A stretch of DNA of 63,450 nucleotides, counting the filler, from Octopus bimaculoides (Eukaryota), in the NCBI RefSeq assembly GCF_001194135.2. It is 7 parts of 6 records of this genome, joined end to end, with 100 filler letters (N's around TTAATTAATTAA, not from the genome) between each part and the next. Parts side by side here need not be neighbours in the genome. Positions count along the whole stretch, not along the records: positions 45,104 to 55,503 come from NC_068999.1; positions 55,604 to 60,756 come from NW_026421958.1; positions 60,857 to 63,450 come from NC_069008.1; 4 more parts are not named here. One strand, written 5' to 3'. Every line of letters begins with the position of its first letter. Position 1 is the stretch's first letter. Under the pieces are notes generated by a model. The model saw only the letters and a list, made by a program, of their open reading frames with translations. It was not told the DNA's origin and did no database searches. The translations under genes and the position numbers were made by a program. Below are positions 50,291 through 62,142 of this stretch, one piece after another.

Positions 50291-53200
50291 TTTAAAAGCT
50301 GAAAGTGACTGGAAAGTCCCTGGGATTGATAAAATCCTTCAAGGACTTGACTAGTACTCGTCTATAGTAGCCACAGTCAACGAATTGGTAAGGGGATCAG
50401 AGTCAATAATTGAGTAGTTGCTGGAAGCAAAAAAGAATATTCCTTCTTTAATCATCATTTAACATCCATTTTTTCATGTTTGTGTATGGATGAGATGGAA
50501 TTTTTTTGAGGTTGATTTAGCACAGGCAGATGCTTTTCCTGTTGCCATCTGTTTCCAAGCAAGGAAATATTTCCCAGGGCTAGCCAGAAGACCGGAAGTG
50601 GACAATTTTTTACACAGATTTTTGAAATATATTTTCAAGAATATATCTTTTATTGTGAAGTCCTTTAAAAACAACTTGTGTTAAAATATGAAATTCTTAA
50701 ATTTACATCTTTAGGCTCCGTAGCCCACTTGAAAACTTGAATAACACGTGAAAAATCAATTTAGAACACATTTGCCGTTCCTCATTTTATATTTTACATT
50801 CATTGTTAGGAATCAATTTTCTTTTGCAAAATTCTTTAAAAACAGGAGTGTTAAAACCTCAATCTCTAAAATTTATATTTTCAGGCTCCACAACGCACTT
50901 GAAATTTCGAAATTACGTGAAATAAACAGACTTTTTGACTTTATGTTTTCTTTATTACTTTTAATACTAGGTCACCGAATATATGTGTTACATGAGGTCT
51001 AGATTACACACACATTAAAATAAAATTACGTGTAAACTAATTTTTGATTCTTGACACATTTTGGTGATAAAAATAATTAACAATTCAGAATCCTTTGCTG
51101 ATTCTTTCTAATCAACCTGTGAACGTTCTGCTTAGATATTGCTTCATCTATTCTGCCAACGATCATTTTTCGATTTGTCCGTTGATCCTGTAAAAAATCT
51201 CGTCTCACTTCTTACATATACTTCATACAGTCTACTTTTTGCAGGTGCATACACACCCACACCACACAGAAGTTCTTTGTTGGTAACAGAGATAATTTAT
51301 TGAGGGCAATTTAGCATCAAAGTTACTACATTGAAACATCCTCATAGGATTATAGTGTTGAACAATCCAGTTCAACACCATGAACTCTTACATGGGTGCT
51401 TCCAGTGGGGTTCACTGATGCAGGCATTTGTTTTAGTTGTATACGTGATCAAGTTGAGCAACATTAATTTCAGTTATCTGGGGTAGGGTTGGGGCTGGAA
51501 GGAAGCCACAATTATTAACAGTCATTGTTTTACTCCTTTGACTAATTCATTAAAACAAAAACGAGTTACTTCTGGAAGTGACGTAAATATTTTTGCTAAT
51601 TTCAAACAATCATCTGTCTCAAGACTCTTGTCAATTTCTTCCTCTAATTCTTTGTCAGTCTGTCTGCCAGTCTGTCTGTATGTCCCACTTAATTGTAGTC
51701 AGTTAATTATAATAATATATACATAAGACTTCAGATTGTCATTGGCAAAATAGACCACGCTGACTTTGGACACGTGTCACACATACACTCACTCTTTTCT
51801 ACTCACACAAACACATGTACACAGACACACAATCACTGAATCTCTGTCACTTTCATCCCCACCTTTCTCACACTCACACAAACATATACTCACTCTCACT
51901 TTTGTTTACTCACTCTTTCACTTACACACACACACACATCAAACCAATGGACTATGTACTGGAATGCAAAAATAAATGGAAACAAATTCTATTTATCTTT
52001 GTCATGAATATTCATATTTCTGAGTTATGGTTGTAGAATATATGATTTGTTTTTACTATGAATAACTTTGCTTTTATCTGATATAAACTACATAAATTTA
52101 TCTCTGACTATTAGTGATTACATTCCATGTCTATGACACAGCAAGTTTAATAAATCAGGTACATCTTTCTTTAGCTTCAACAATGAAAATAACTAAATAA
52201 CCAAGCACAGGGAAATAACATATAACCCCACTCCACAAGAAGCCCCCCCCANNNNNNNNNNATTCCCTGTCAAATGTTATAGAATCTACTTGATACTCCC
52301 TGTAACGTACTAGAGCCCCTCAGGCTGCATGCCAACTAATTGGGGTTCCTTGTGACCCAAGATGATCTTGGGATACAATGTTACTTGCAAAATAGGATAT
52401 GTTGTTAAAAAAAAAGATAAAGAAATAAGGTTCTGAGCTTGAATGGGTCAAATAGAATTTGTTGAGGAAGATTCTATTATGGCCAGATGCTCTTCCTGCT
52501 GCCAACCCTCACCTGTTTCAAAGCAAGGTAATATTTTCTAATATCTAGATATGTTTTTCATGGAAGATTGGAAACAAACAACTTGACCTGTTATAACGAT
52601 GATGCTCATTTATAACTGTCACAGGATGTCGAGATAAGAGTATACACAAACACACATATGTACACGCATACAATATATACATACATACACATATACTTGG
52701 TCCACTCTGTGGGATGGTTGGTGTTAGGAAGGGCATCCAACTGTAAAAACCATGCCAAAACAGATTCAGTAGCTTGGCCTGCTCCTGTCCAACCTGTGCC
52801 AGCATGGAAGGCAAACATTAAATGATGATGATGATGATAATATGATATATGCCAGACTTCTTTCAGTTTCGGCCTCAAGCTAGAGTAAAAGACACTTGCT
52901 CAAGTGCCATATAGCAAAACTGAACCTAAGACCACATGGTTGGGAAGCAAGCTTCTTAACCACACAGCCACATCTGCACATTATTTTTTACACATTTTTC
53001 CTAATCTACAGAGGTTCCTAGATTGCATGCAACCCAATAAGTGTTTCCTTGTGGTGAAAAATGAATTTGGGAAACAATTATTTGCAAGAAAAGTGCTGTG
53101 TCATTAAAAAAATAATTGCACTGTCATACAAGCAGTCATTCATTTCCAATATTCTGTGTGAACATGTCTGGCTATGAGGAAATATTACCTTACTTGGAAG

Positions 53201-54694
53201 TAGGTGAGGGTTGATGGCTGTAGAAAATCTTCCTCCATAAATTGTGATATACATAGATATGTTTTACTGGTATAAAATTGTTCCCCAGTTTATTACATCT
53301 TAACATAACTAGATCTATATTTAATCTGGTACTTTGTTTGCACTTATTTTTTAGAAACATCCAAATGTTAGATGTAATATTGATCTCAAATTTTGGCATA
53401 AGGCCAGCAATTTTGGGGTTTATATGGCTGGATCCTTTTCCTAATACCAACCACCCAGCAGAGTTCACTGTGGCCATTTTAGTTACATACTGGCATTGTT
53501 AGAATCACATTGATCCCCTTTCAAACTCAGAATTATTCTATACACAAATGTTTATGTAAATTCGCAGTTTACATCCTGTATACTGGACACATCTGGTCTC
53601 TTTGGAATCATTTTTCAACAAGTACATCCTCTAATCATTTCAAATCACGGAAATCTCTCTTCACACTAAGTTCCCCACACCTTCTACTTACCTCCCCCCA
53701 TAGCATCACATACCACACAGTAACTTAGATAAACACTTGAGTTAATTCCTCCACAAAACAGCATGATTTTTTTTATGCTATAGCTGCGAGAAAATATTAC
53801 AATTTGAACGTTTTGAGACCAACCACCCACCTACCCAAGACCTCACCAGGTTTTATAACACAAAACCATCTGTTTTGTTATTTATACTTACATGTAAAAA
53901 CCTTCCATCATCATTTTAAGTTAAGAACATTTTTGTTCAGTTTATATTGTAAACACCAGCTTTTTTTCTGTTTTGCTGCTTTTGTGGATTCCCATGATTC
54001 TCTGTTGCCATTCCAATTCCATTATTATAAATTTAAATTGAGAGCTCAAGTCATAATGAATCTTTCATTAGCTGATTACACAACCATGGATGCCATCCCT
54101 ATGGATGCGTTGCAGTTACTCTCTTGAAAGAGCATGGTGATCCTGACTGTTTGTCTAGGATTCCTCCACTCAGCATCAATGTAAGAAGCACTGTTGGCTC
54201 AGTTGAGCTCTTCTGTCACCTCTTCTTCACAATCTGCCATGCTGTAGTCCCACGACACCAGCTTCATATACAAGAAATTATTTACTTTTACTAAATCTTT
54301 CCAAATTCTTGATTATTTTTAAAACAGATTTACATATTTACATCTCATTTGAAATATAGTAATGGAAGGGATAATTCTCTAATCCATCAAATTTCACTAT
54401 GAAATATTACAAATTTGTATAAAGTGGATCCTGTTTTATTATGTTCTATTTTAGAGGATATAGTTCCCTTGGGTGAACTGATAGTGACCTTGAAATAAAA
54501 TAACATTAAGTGATGATTGATAATTGTGAGGATGAAGATAGTGGCAATGTAGTTCTGATAATGGTGGTGATGATGATGATGAAGGTAGTGGTGGCCATGC
54601 TGCTGTTGCTAATGATAGTGATGATGGTGTTGGAAGTGATTAAGATGGTGTGTTTATAACTATTTGGCAGAGGGAGACAAACTGAGCCAAAAAA

Positions 54695-54900
54695 TGTTTC
54701 AGGGCACAAGGCCAGCAGTTTTGGAGGAGGGGCTAAGTTGGTTACATCGACCCCAGTACTCAACTGATACTTTTGTCAACCCTTAAAGGATGAAAGGCAA
54801 AGTCGATCTCAGCAGAATTTGAACTCAGAATGTGCAGACATGAAATGCAGCTAAGCATTTTGCCTGGTGTGCCAACGATTCTGTCAGCTCACCGCCTTAT
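54695..54900 (-). mobile_element. Family D SINE
   Basis: Reverse complement of the family D body. Confidence 0.8.
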
Positions 54901-55603
54901 AACATGCAATACTAATGCCAACTTACAGAAAGAGTCGTGGTCGCATAAACACCACTTGAAAATAACAACTGACATAACAGCAATGCCAACAACATAGTAA
55001 TAGTCTGTCAGTTAATATAGGAAATACAGTATATATTGCACCACACTCAAACACATTGAATAAATTACCTACATCAGCTGTTAGCTGTTGGGACATTACA
55101 TCCTTCAAAACTTCCTATGAGGGGACTAAAGCTAGCATGAAGTGCACCTGGTCCTAAAGTACTGGCTTGGAAAATCATTCCAACTTATGCTAACATAGAA
55201 AAGCAGAAATAAAATTCTGCTGTGCTGAATATGCATATTTACACACACATGTTCATGGATTTATTTTGTATGGTTCCTAAACCGTTTGTTGAAACAGATA
55301 TATTTCAGGATGGTCATTTTTTTTCTCTTGCCAAATAAACACACACAACCACAATCAAATGACTGAAACAAGTAAAAGAGCAAAAGAATAAAAGAAATAT
55401 ATATATATATATCATCATCATCATCATCGTTTAACGTCCGCTTTCCATGCTAGCATGGGTCGGACGATTTGACTGAGGACGGGTGAAACCGGATGGCAAC
55501 ACCNNNNNNNNNNNNNNNNNNNNNNNNNNNNNNNNNNNNNNNNNNNNTTAATTAATTAANNNNNNNNNNNNNNNNNNNNNNNNNNNNNNNNNNNNNNNNN
55601 NNN

Positions 55604-55639
<36 letters not shown>

Positions 55640-55725
55640 GTACACATACATATATATGCATATAAATACATACATATATGTATGCACACACACACACACA
55701 CACACACACATACATGTATATATAT

Positions 55726-56148
55726 AGAGATTCCCATTTGGTCTACGCAGCAGAATGCACCAAGCACAATTTGATTTACGTTGGTTGTACAACAGAACAA
55801 TTACACAAAAGATTCAATGGGTACATATATGACGTCAGACATAATAGCAGTCGTTTTGTTCATTCCTTCAGGGTGTGATGTTAATAACTCACAATCGTAT
55901 TTCACCTCATGCATTTTGAGGTGTAGCAGATTCAGAATATTTTCTGAGAATATGCGCTATCAATTTTCTTTTCAAAAATGCAGCTGTTTGATGAAAAATG
56001 TTTGGCAATTTCTGTCGAACTACTGTTATTATGCCTGACATCATATCTGTGCCCATTGAATCTTTTGTTTAATTGTTCTGTTGTACAACCAACATAAATT
56101 AAGTTGTGTTTGGTGCATTCTGCTGCGTACACCAAATGGGAATCTCTC
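55726..56148. mobile_element. Inverted pair of Penelope-type GIY-YIG endonuclease fragments
   Basis: HLVYAAECTKHNLIYVGCTTEQL.KRFNG is on + at 55726-55850 and on - at 56148-55930. Confidence 0.85.
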
Positions 56149-56523
56149 CCTCTATACATGTATGTGTGTGCGCGTGTGTGTGTGTGTGCATACATATATG
56201 TGTATATATNNNNNNNNNNNNNNNNNNNNNNNNNNNNNNNNNNNNNNNNNNNNNNNNNNNNNNNNNNNNNNNNNNNNNNNNNNNNNNNNNNNNNNNNNNN
56301 NNNNNNNNNNNNNNNNNNNNNNNNNNNNNNNNNNNNNNNNNNNNNNNNNNNNNNNNNNNNNNNNNNNNNNNNNNNNNNNNNNNNNNNNNNNNNNNNNNNN
56401 NNNNNNNNNNNNNNNNNNNNNNNNNNNNNNNNNNNNNNNNNNNNNNNNNNNNNNNNNNNNNNNNNNNNNNNNNNNNNNNNNNNNNNNNNNNNNNNNNNNN
56501 NNNNNNNNNNNNNNNNNNNNNNN

Positions 56524-56571
<48 letters not shown>

Positions 56572-56573
56572 TA

Positions 56574-57180
56574 CAGGTGTTCGGGCTAAATTTGACAATT
56601 TGCAGAAAAGGAAAAGAAAACAATATCCTATCCGAAAATAAAAGTATTTAAAAAAAATCCAAACCAGTCAATCAGATTATGACTGGGAGATAACTTTTTA
56701 CTGAACGTAGCCGCTTTCAGATTTCACCACGGCCTCAAGACGTCCCTGAAACCTGGCTCCTGCGTTCCTCACTGATTCACTGGGAAGATCTTTAAATACC
56801 ACCTTTATCTAGACCACCAGTTAGGCCTTGGTGTTGCAGACAGAGTGGTTAATGTCATTCTCAACAGTGCTTCACACACAGTAATCTATGGGACAACAAT
56901 CGGGATAAATTAGGAGGCCAGTAATTGGGCCAGGTAAAGTCGTAGAAATTCTCCGACGACCGCTTCTGACTCTTTCCGGTGCTATGGCAAGGTGCTGAAC
57001 CTGGCTGTCACACATATGGCATTCCAGCAACAAACTTCTCCAACTTGGGATCGACCAACCTCTCCAGCAGCTTCACATAGCCGTCTCTACTGAACCTAAA
57101 GCCCTGTTCAAGGATAAGCGTGTGAAGTCCTTCCTGTTGACCACAGCTTCGTAGTCTCCGTTGCAGCTCTCCGTGGAAAT
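56574..57180 (-). mobile_element. maT (DD37D)-type transposase 3' half with probable TIR
   Basis: EQGFRFSRDGYVKLLE..PYV*Q..SAPCH..NFYDFTWPNYWPPN. The end reads TA|CAGGTG. Confidence 0.75.
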
Positions 57181-58020
57181 CTGAAGGCTCGAGGTCGAGT
57201 GAATATGGAGGGTGCGGCAAAACTTCCCAACCGAGCCCCTGTAACTTCTGCCACCTCTGCAAAGAGATGTGCCGTCTGGCATTATCGTGGTGAAAGACAA
57301 CGCTCTTACGATTAGCAGAAGCTGGATTAGCAGAAGCTGGATTAGCAGAAGCTGGATTAGCAGAAGCTGGATGCTTCTGGTAGGTCGCTGCGTTTAATTT
57401 GTCGAGCTGGCTACAATACGCATCCGAAATGATGATCAGGTTCGTAGGAAGATCGTAAAAGACAACACTCTTCCTATTTTGGAGGTTGTTTATGGTGGTT
57501 CACCGCGCTTGCCCCGTGACTGTTTGCGCTTCATATTGCTATCTTTTGTCCCCTGCCACTATTCTCTTTAAAAAAAAACGATCGTTTTCTTCACGGATTC
57601 GTAGGGCGAGGTTCACCTCATTCAATTGCTATCGGCCTCGAACATTGAGCCTGCTGACGTAACCAAGTTGATGCAGGTGGTTTGCAACACGCAATATGGA
57701 TATTTGGGAAATATCTGCAATCATCCTGATCTTATAATGAGGTTTGGTCTTGCTTTAATTTCAGTTGGCCGGCCAGAACAAGGTACATCTGGAGTCGAAA
57801 GTATTTCCCGACCGAAATTTTGAAAACCATTTCCGAGACACGTTCCATAGCAGCATCCGCTTCGTACACATCGCATATCTTCCTACTGATTCCCGTTGTT
57901 TTCTTGCCGTTGTTTTCTCGCACGAGGTATCGATAATATTCCTTTTGGTTCTCATTCAGGAGGTGATCCCAAACATACAAAATACAACCTATCGCGTTGC
58001 AAGTTCGTGTTGAACAATGC
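57180..58020 (-). mobile_element. Mariner transposase relic (HTH through HPPYS..SDF)
   Basis: ENQKEYYRY..RKICDVY..RKWFSKFRSG..GRP, NRKSVVFHHDNARRH..GWEVLPHPPYSLDLEPSDF. Confidence 0.9.
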
Positions 58021-58404
58021 TGAAATGTCAGGTATCTAACGAGTGCACATGCACCAGGGACGGATTAGAATGCTTGTGGTGCCGAAAAAACCGAACGGAC
58101 GGATCTTTTCCTTTTGATCGGCAGGTCGATAAATTAATCTTTTTTAACTAAACACTTTGAAACTACCAATACTGGTAGAATGTATCATATAGAACATCTT
58201 TTACTCTTAGCGTTGTTGAGAAGTTTCTATTTTCGAAGTTATTTCGTGTTAAAGTTGTCGTATTTCGCTAATTTCAACCAATCAATGACGTCTATCGAGC
58301 TGAATAAAATTACTGCTGTTGTTTATCAACAACAACTTCCGGCGGTGTATATTTCATTTGTCACTGTTATTTATGACATCGTTCGTGCGTTTGTACTAGT
58401 TTTA

Positions 58405-58460
58405 GCTTTAGGGTTTTAGGGTTAGGGTTAGGGTTGGGGTTTTAGGGTTAAGGTTACGGA
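58405..58460. repeat. Short degenerate TTAGGG-like tract
   Basis: TTTAGGGTTTTAGGGTTAGGGTTAGGGTTGGGGTTTTAGGGTTAAGG. Confidence 0.85.
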
Positions 58461-59879
58461 AAAAAGTGAAAAATAAAGAANNNNNNNNNNNNNNNNNNNN
58501 NNNNNNNNNNNNNNNNNNNNNNNNNNNNNNNNNNNNNNNNNNNNNNNNNNNNNNNNNNNNNNNNNNNNNNNNNNNNNNNNNNNNNNNNNNNNNNNNNNNN
58601 NNNNNNNNNNNNNNNNNNNNNNNNNNNNNNNNNNNNNNNNNNNNNNNNNNNNNNNNNNNNNNNNNNNNNNNNNNNNNNNNNNNNNNNNNNNNNNNNNNNN
58701 NNNNNNNNNNNNNNNNNNNNNNNNNNNNNNNNNNNNNNNNNNNNNNNNNNNNNNNNNNNNNNNNNNNNNNNNNNNNNNNNNNNNNNNNNNNNNNNNNNNN
58801 NNNNNNNNNNNNNNNNNNNNNNNNNNNNNNNNNNNNNNNNNNNNNNNNNNNNNNNNNNNNNNNNNNNNNNNNNNNNNNNNNNNNNNNNNNNNNNNNNNNN
58901 NNNNNNNNNNNNNNNNNNNNNNNNNNNNNNNNNNNNNATATATATATATATATATATAATTTAAAGTTAAATAGGTATCATTACCATTATTAATAATTAT
59001 AATAATAATAAAGTGGCTAGCAAGTTGACACCTTTATAGGTAAAATATAAGCTAAATTCAATAGGGTATTAAAATACCACTTGCTATAAACAGAGCCATC
59101 GCTCTAAAACCACAAATTACTCACTGTTAAAATATATACACATATACATGACTACAAATGATTTTAAAATTACCCCCCATAATCCTCCACCTCCACTCAC
59201 CAGGTATCTCTACCCCATCCTACCAAAACCGCAGCCCCAACCCCATCCAACAGACAGCTATCATCTATGCCTAATGCAAGGGATGGTACTCATGTGAACT
59301 AACAAATTTTTTCATCCTTGGGTTTGACCTGGTCGCATTCTTCTATAAATTGCGTTGTTTTATTTTTTCCAGGTGCAAGACCCACAAACCTCGTGTAAAA
59401 TCTTTCAAACATCAATAGTAAACAATCCATGTCATATCATTTCTTTTAGCTTTTTGAGATATTTACCGAGGTTTTGCTGAATTTGTGTTTTGAAATCAAT
59501 TGAGAAATTGGCTGTTATGAATCTATATCATATGTATAGCAATCTACCTACCTACCTACCTACCTACCTACCTACCTACATATATGGTATCAGCGGGGAT
59601 GAGGAATAAACGAACTTTAGATCAGTTGAAATATATTTCAACTTCTAAAGGAAAATTCACTGCAGTTACCACGGAGAAAATAAATTCTCGCTTATGGTAA
59701 AAGATATAAAAACACCATAACTACTCAATATTTCCTCTTATCAGACTCCCATGCGCTCTTCTGGTTCTTTGGCTGTCAGAAGGACATACAGAAGAGAGAT
59801 AACTCGATAATGGATAGAAAATTGTTGTCATGGAAACGATGTGGGTACCATGGATACGACGAGGTTGTCATGCAACTCA

Positions 59880-60010
59880 AGACATATTTATTCTATCGGT
59901 TACTTTTTGCCGAACAGCTTTGTTACAGGGACGTAAGCACATCGACATAGGTTGTCAAGTAGTAATGGGGAGCAAACACAGACACGAAGATACACACACA
60001 CACACACACA
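59880..60010 (-). mobile_element. Family A SINE 3' half, old
   Basis: Matches 6135-6260. Confidence 0.7.
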
Positions 60011-60077
60011 CACACTTATATGTGTATATGTGTATATATAAATACATATATCTTTGTGTTTACGTGAAAAAGATAGA

Positions 60078-60157
<80 letters not shown>

Positions 60158-60161
60158 GCAT

Positions 60162-60512
60162 AAGGCTATTTGCCAACATAATGTGGCTGTCCTGCAAGGG
60201 ACAAATGTTACTGTTGTTTAGCCCTAGGAAACATCGTTTCCAGTTGGCTATACGATACAATATCTGTGTCCTTATATTTTCGAACAGTGCCACTTAGCGA
60301 AGCAGCTACTCTGTGTTGATAAAGAGCAATAACCCAGAAACCAGTCCACAGATGTTATCTTGTGCTGGATGGGAATGCTGGACTCCCTGTTCGAAAATAT
60401 AAGGACACAGATATTGTGTCATATAGCCAACTGGAAACGATGTTTCCTGAGGTTAAAAAACAGTAACATTTGTCCCTTCCAGGACAGCCACATTATGTTG
60501 GCAAATAGCCTT
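60162..60512. mobile_element. MITE-like fold-back element with ~126-bp TIRs
   Basis: 60162-60287 is the reverse complement of 60387-60512 with a few mismatches, around a 99-bp spacer. Confidence 0.85.
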
Positions 60513-60564
60513 TACTTTAAAGAACTGTTACTGAATATCACTCTTTGAGAGATTTAGAAATAAC

Positions 60565-60611
<47 letters not shown>

Positions 60612-60856
60612 GATGGATGTGCTACACCGGGCTCCCTATACAAAAACATATCTAATCCAATAACATCGATGGAATTAGGCAACAGAACCGGTGGAAGATT
60701 TGAAGGAAGCGGTCTTTTAACGAAGATAATTTTTGAAAAAATATTTTTATTCTTAANNNNNNNNNNNNNNNNNNNNNNNNNNNNNNNNNNNNNNNNNNNN
60801 TTAATTAATTAANNNNNNNNNNNNNNNNNNNNNNNNNNNNNNNNNNNNNNNNNNNN

Positions 60857-61341
60857 CAAATAAAAACGATAAATGCTCATGCAGAGATAAATCAAAATGT
60901 CCTTTGATGAATCTCTGTATGAGTACAAATCTTGTATATAAATGTACCGTGCACACGATAGGAGGGCCCTGTGTTTACATTGGGCAGACGGCTGATTCAT
61001 TTAAGAATCGTTATCGTAATCATGTTACCAGCTTTAGGTCAATCAATAAGAGGCACTCGACATCTTTGGCAGATTTTATATGGCGACTGAAGGAGGCTAA
61101 TACGAAATACTCCATTACTTGGTCCATAGTTAGACATGCAAAACCATACAGTGCAATTTCCAGGAGATGCCGTCTCTACTCCGAGGAATCCCTGTCTATT
61201 CTGTGGACTAATGAAAAGATACTTAATAGAGTTTCTGAAAGACTATCGAGATGCCTACACGCATAATAAATGTACTTTCGCACAATACAGTGAGAATGAA
61301 TTTTGAGTAACCGTTAATTTAGTGTAATTTTATTTTATTTT
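60857..61341 (+). mobile_element. Penelope-like element GIY-YIG endonuclease and 3' end (copy 1)
   Basis: KCSCRDKSKCP..LVYKC..VYIGQTADSFKNRYRNHVTSF..STSLADFIWRLK..ITWSI..PY..C.L..E..ILN. Confidence 0.9.
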
Positions 61342-61461
61342 ACTTTAAAGTATGGGAGACTNNNNNNNNNNNNNNNNNNNNNNNNNNNNNNNNNNNNNNN
61401 NNNNNNNNNNNNNNNNNNNNNNNNNNNNNNNNNNNNNNNNNNNNNNNNNNNNNNNNNNNNN

Positions 61462-62142
61462 TAGACACATGCGACATAGTAATTCATCTGCTTGTTCCAA
61501 TCCTGTACAACTCACGAGATCAAATAAACCTAACAACAAATATAGGAATCAGGATCTCTGGTTCAACCCAATTTTCAGTTTGCATGTTTCAACCAGGATC
61601 GCTGGAAATTTTTTGGCTGCTTTGGACAAGTGTTTTCCTAAATCCAATCGGTACCATGCTATTTTCAATCGACACACCGTAAAGGTATCCTACGCTAACT
61701 CTGCTAATTTGGAGCAGCTTATGCATCGCATAAACAGTAGCAAAATGCGATAAAGGTTCAATAACCCACCTACTGGATTTAGAAAGCATTTACATCTAAA
61801 TGCCAACCAAGGAGATGTAAACCGTATTGATAATCATCAACTTCGACCACTTTGTAGTAGTAGAAATACTCGTGGTACAACTAGCACGATAACAACGCCG
61901 GTAAATGGAGTTAGGACTGCTTTATATACAAATAAAAACGATAAATGCTCATGCAGAGATAAATCAAAATGTCCTTTGATGAATCTCTGTATGAGTACAA
62001 ATCTTGTATATAAATGTACCGTGCACACGATAGGAGGGCCCTGTGTTTACATTGGGCAGACGGCTGATTCATTTAAGAATCGTTATCGTAATCATGTTAC
62101 CAGCTTTAGGTCAATCAATAAGAGGCACTCGACATCTTTGGC
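61462..62142 (+). mobile_element. Penelope-like element linker and GIY-YIG start (copy 2), runs into a gap
   Basis: LWFNPIFS..V.T.I..NFL..LDKCFP....HAIFNRHTVKVSY. 61929-62142 appears identical to the start of 60857-61341. Confidence 0.9.

Noticed and set aside
50295-50450. Tiny R4-like WKVPGIDKI fragment
   Set aside because: A single short motif is insufficient to call.
53891-54290. Minus-strand GTAAGTAT donor at 53890 with coding-looking upstream sequence
   Set aside because: All three frames contain stops and there is no convincing acceptor or recognisable motif.
45104-55503. 10-kb composite transposon bounded by inverted family E copies
   Set aside because: Both copies are cut by assembly linkers. 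Contigs commonly break at young repeats, and these are retroposon tails rather than TIRs.
58405-58460. True telomere or chromosome-fusion scar
   Set aside because: Only a few degenerate units, one orientation, with ordinary DNA on both sides.
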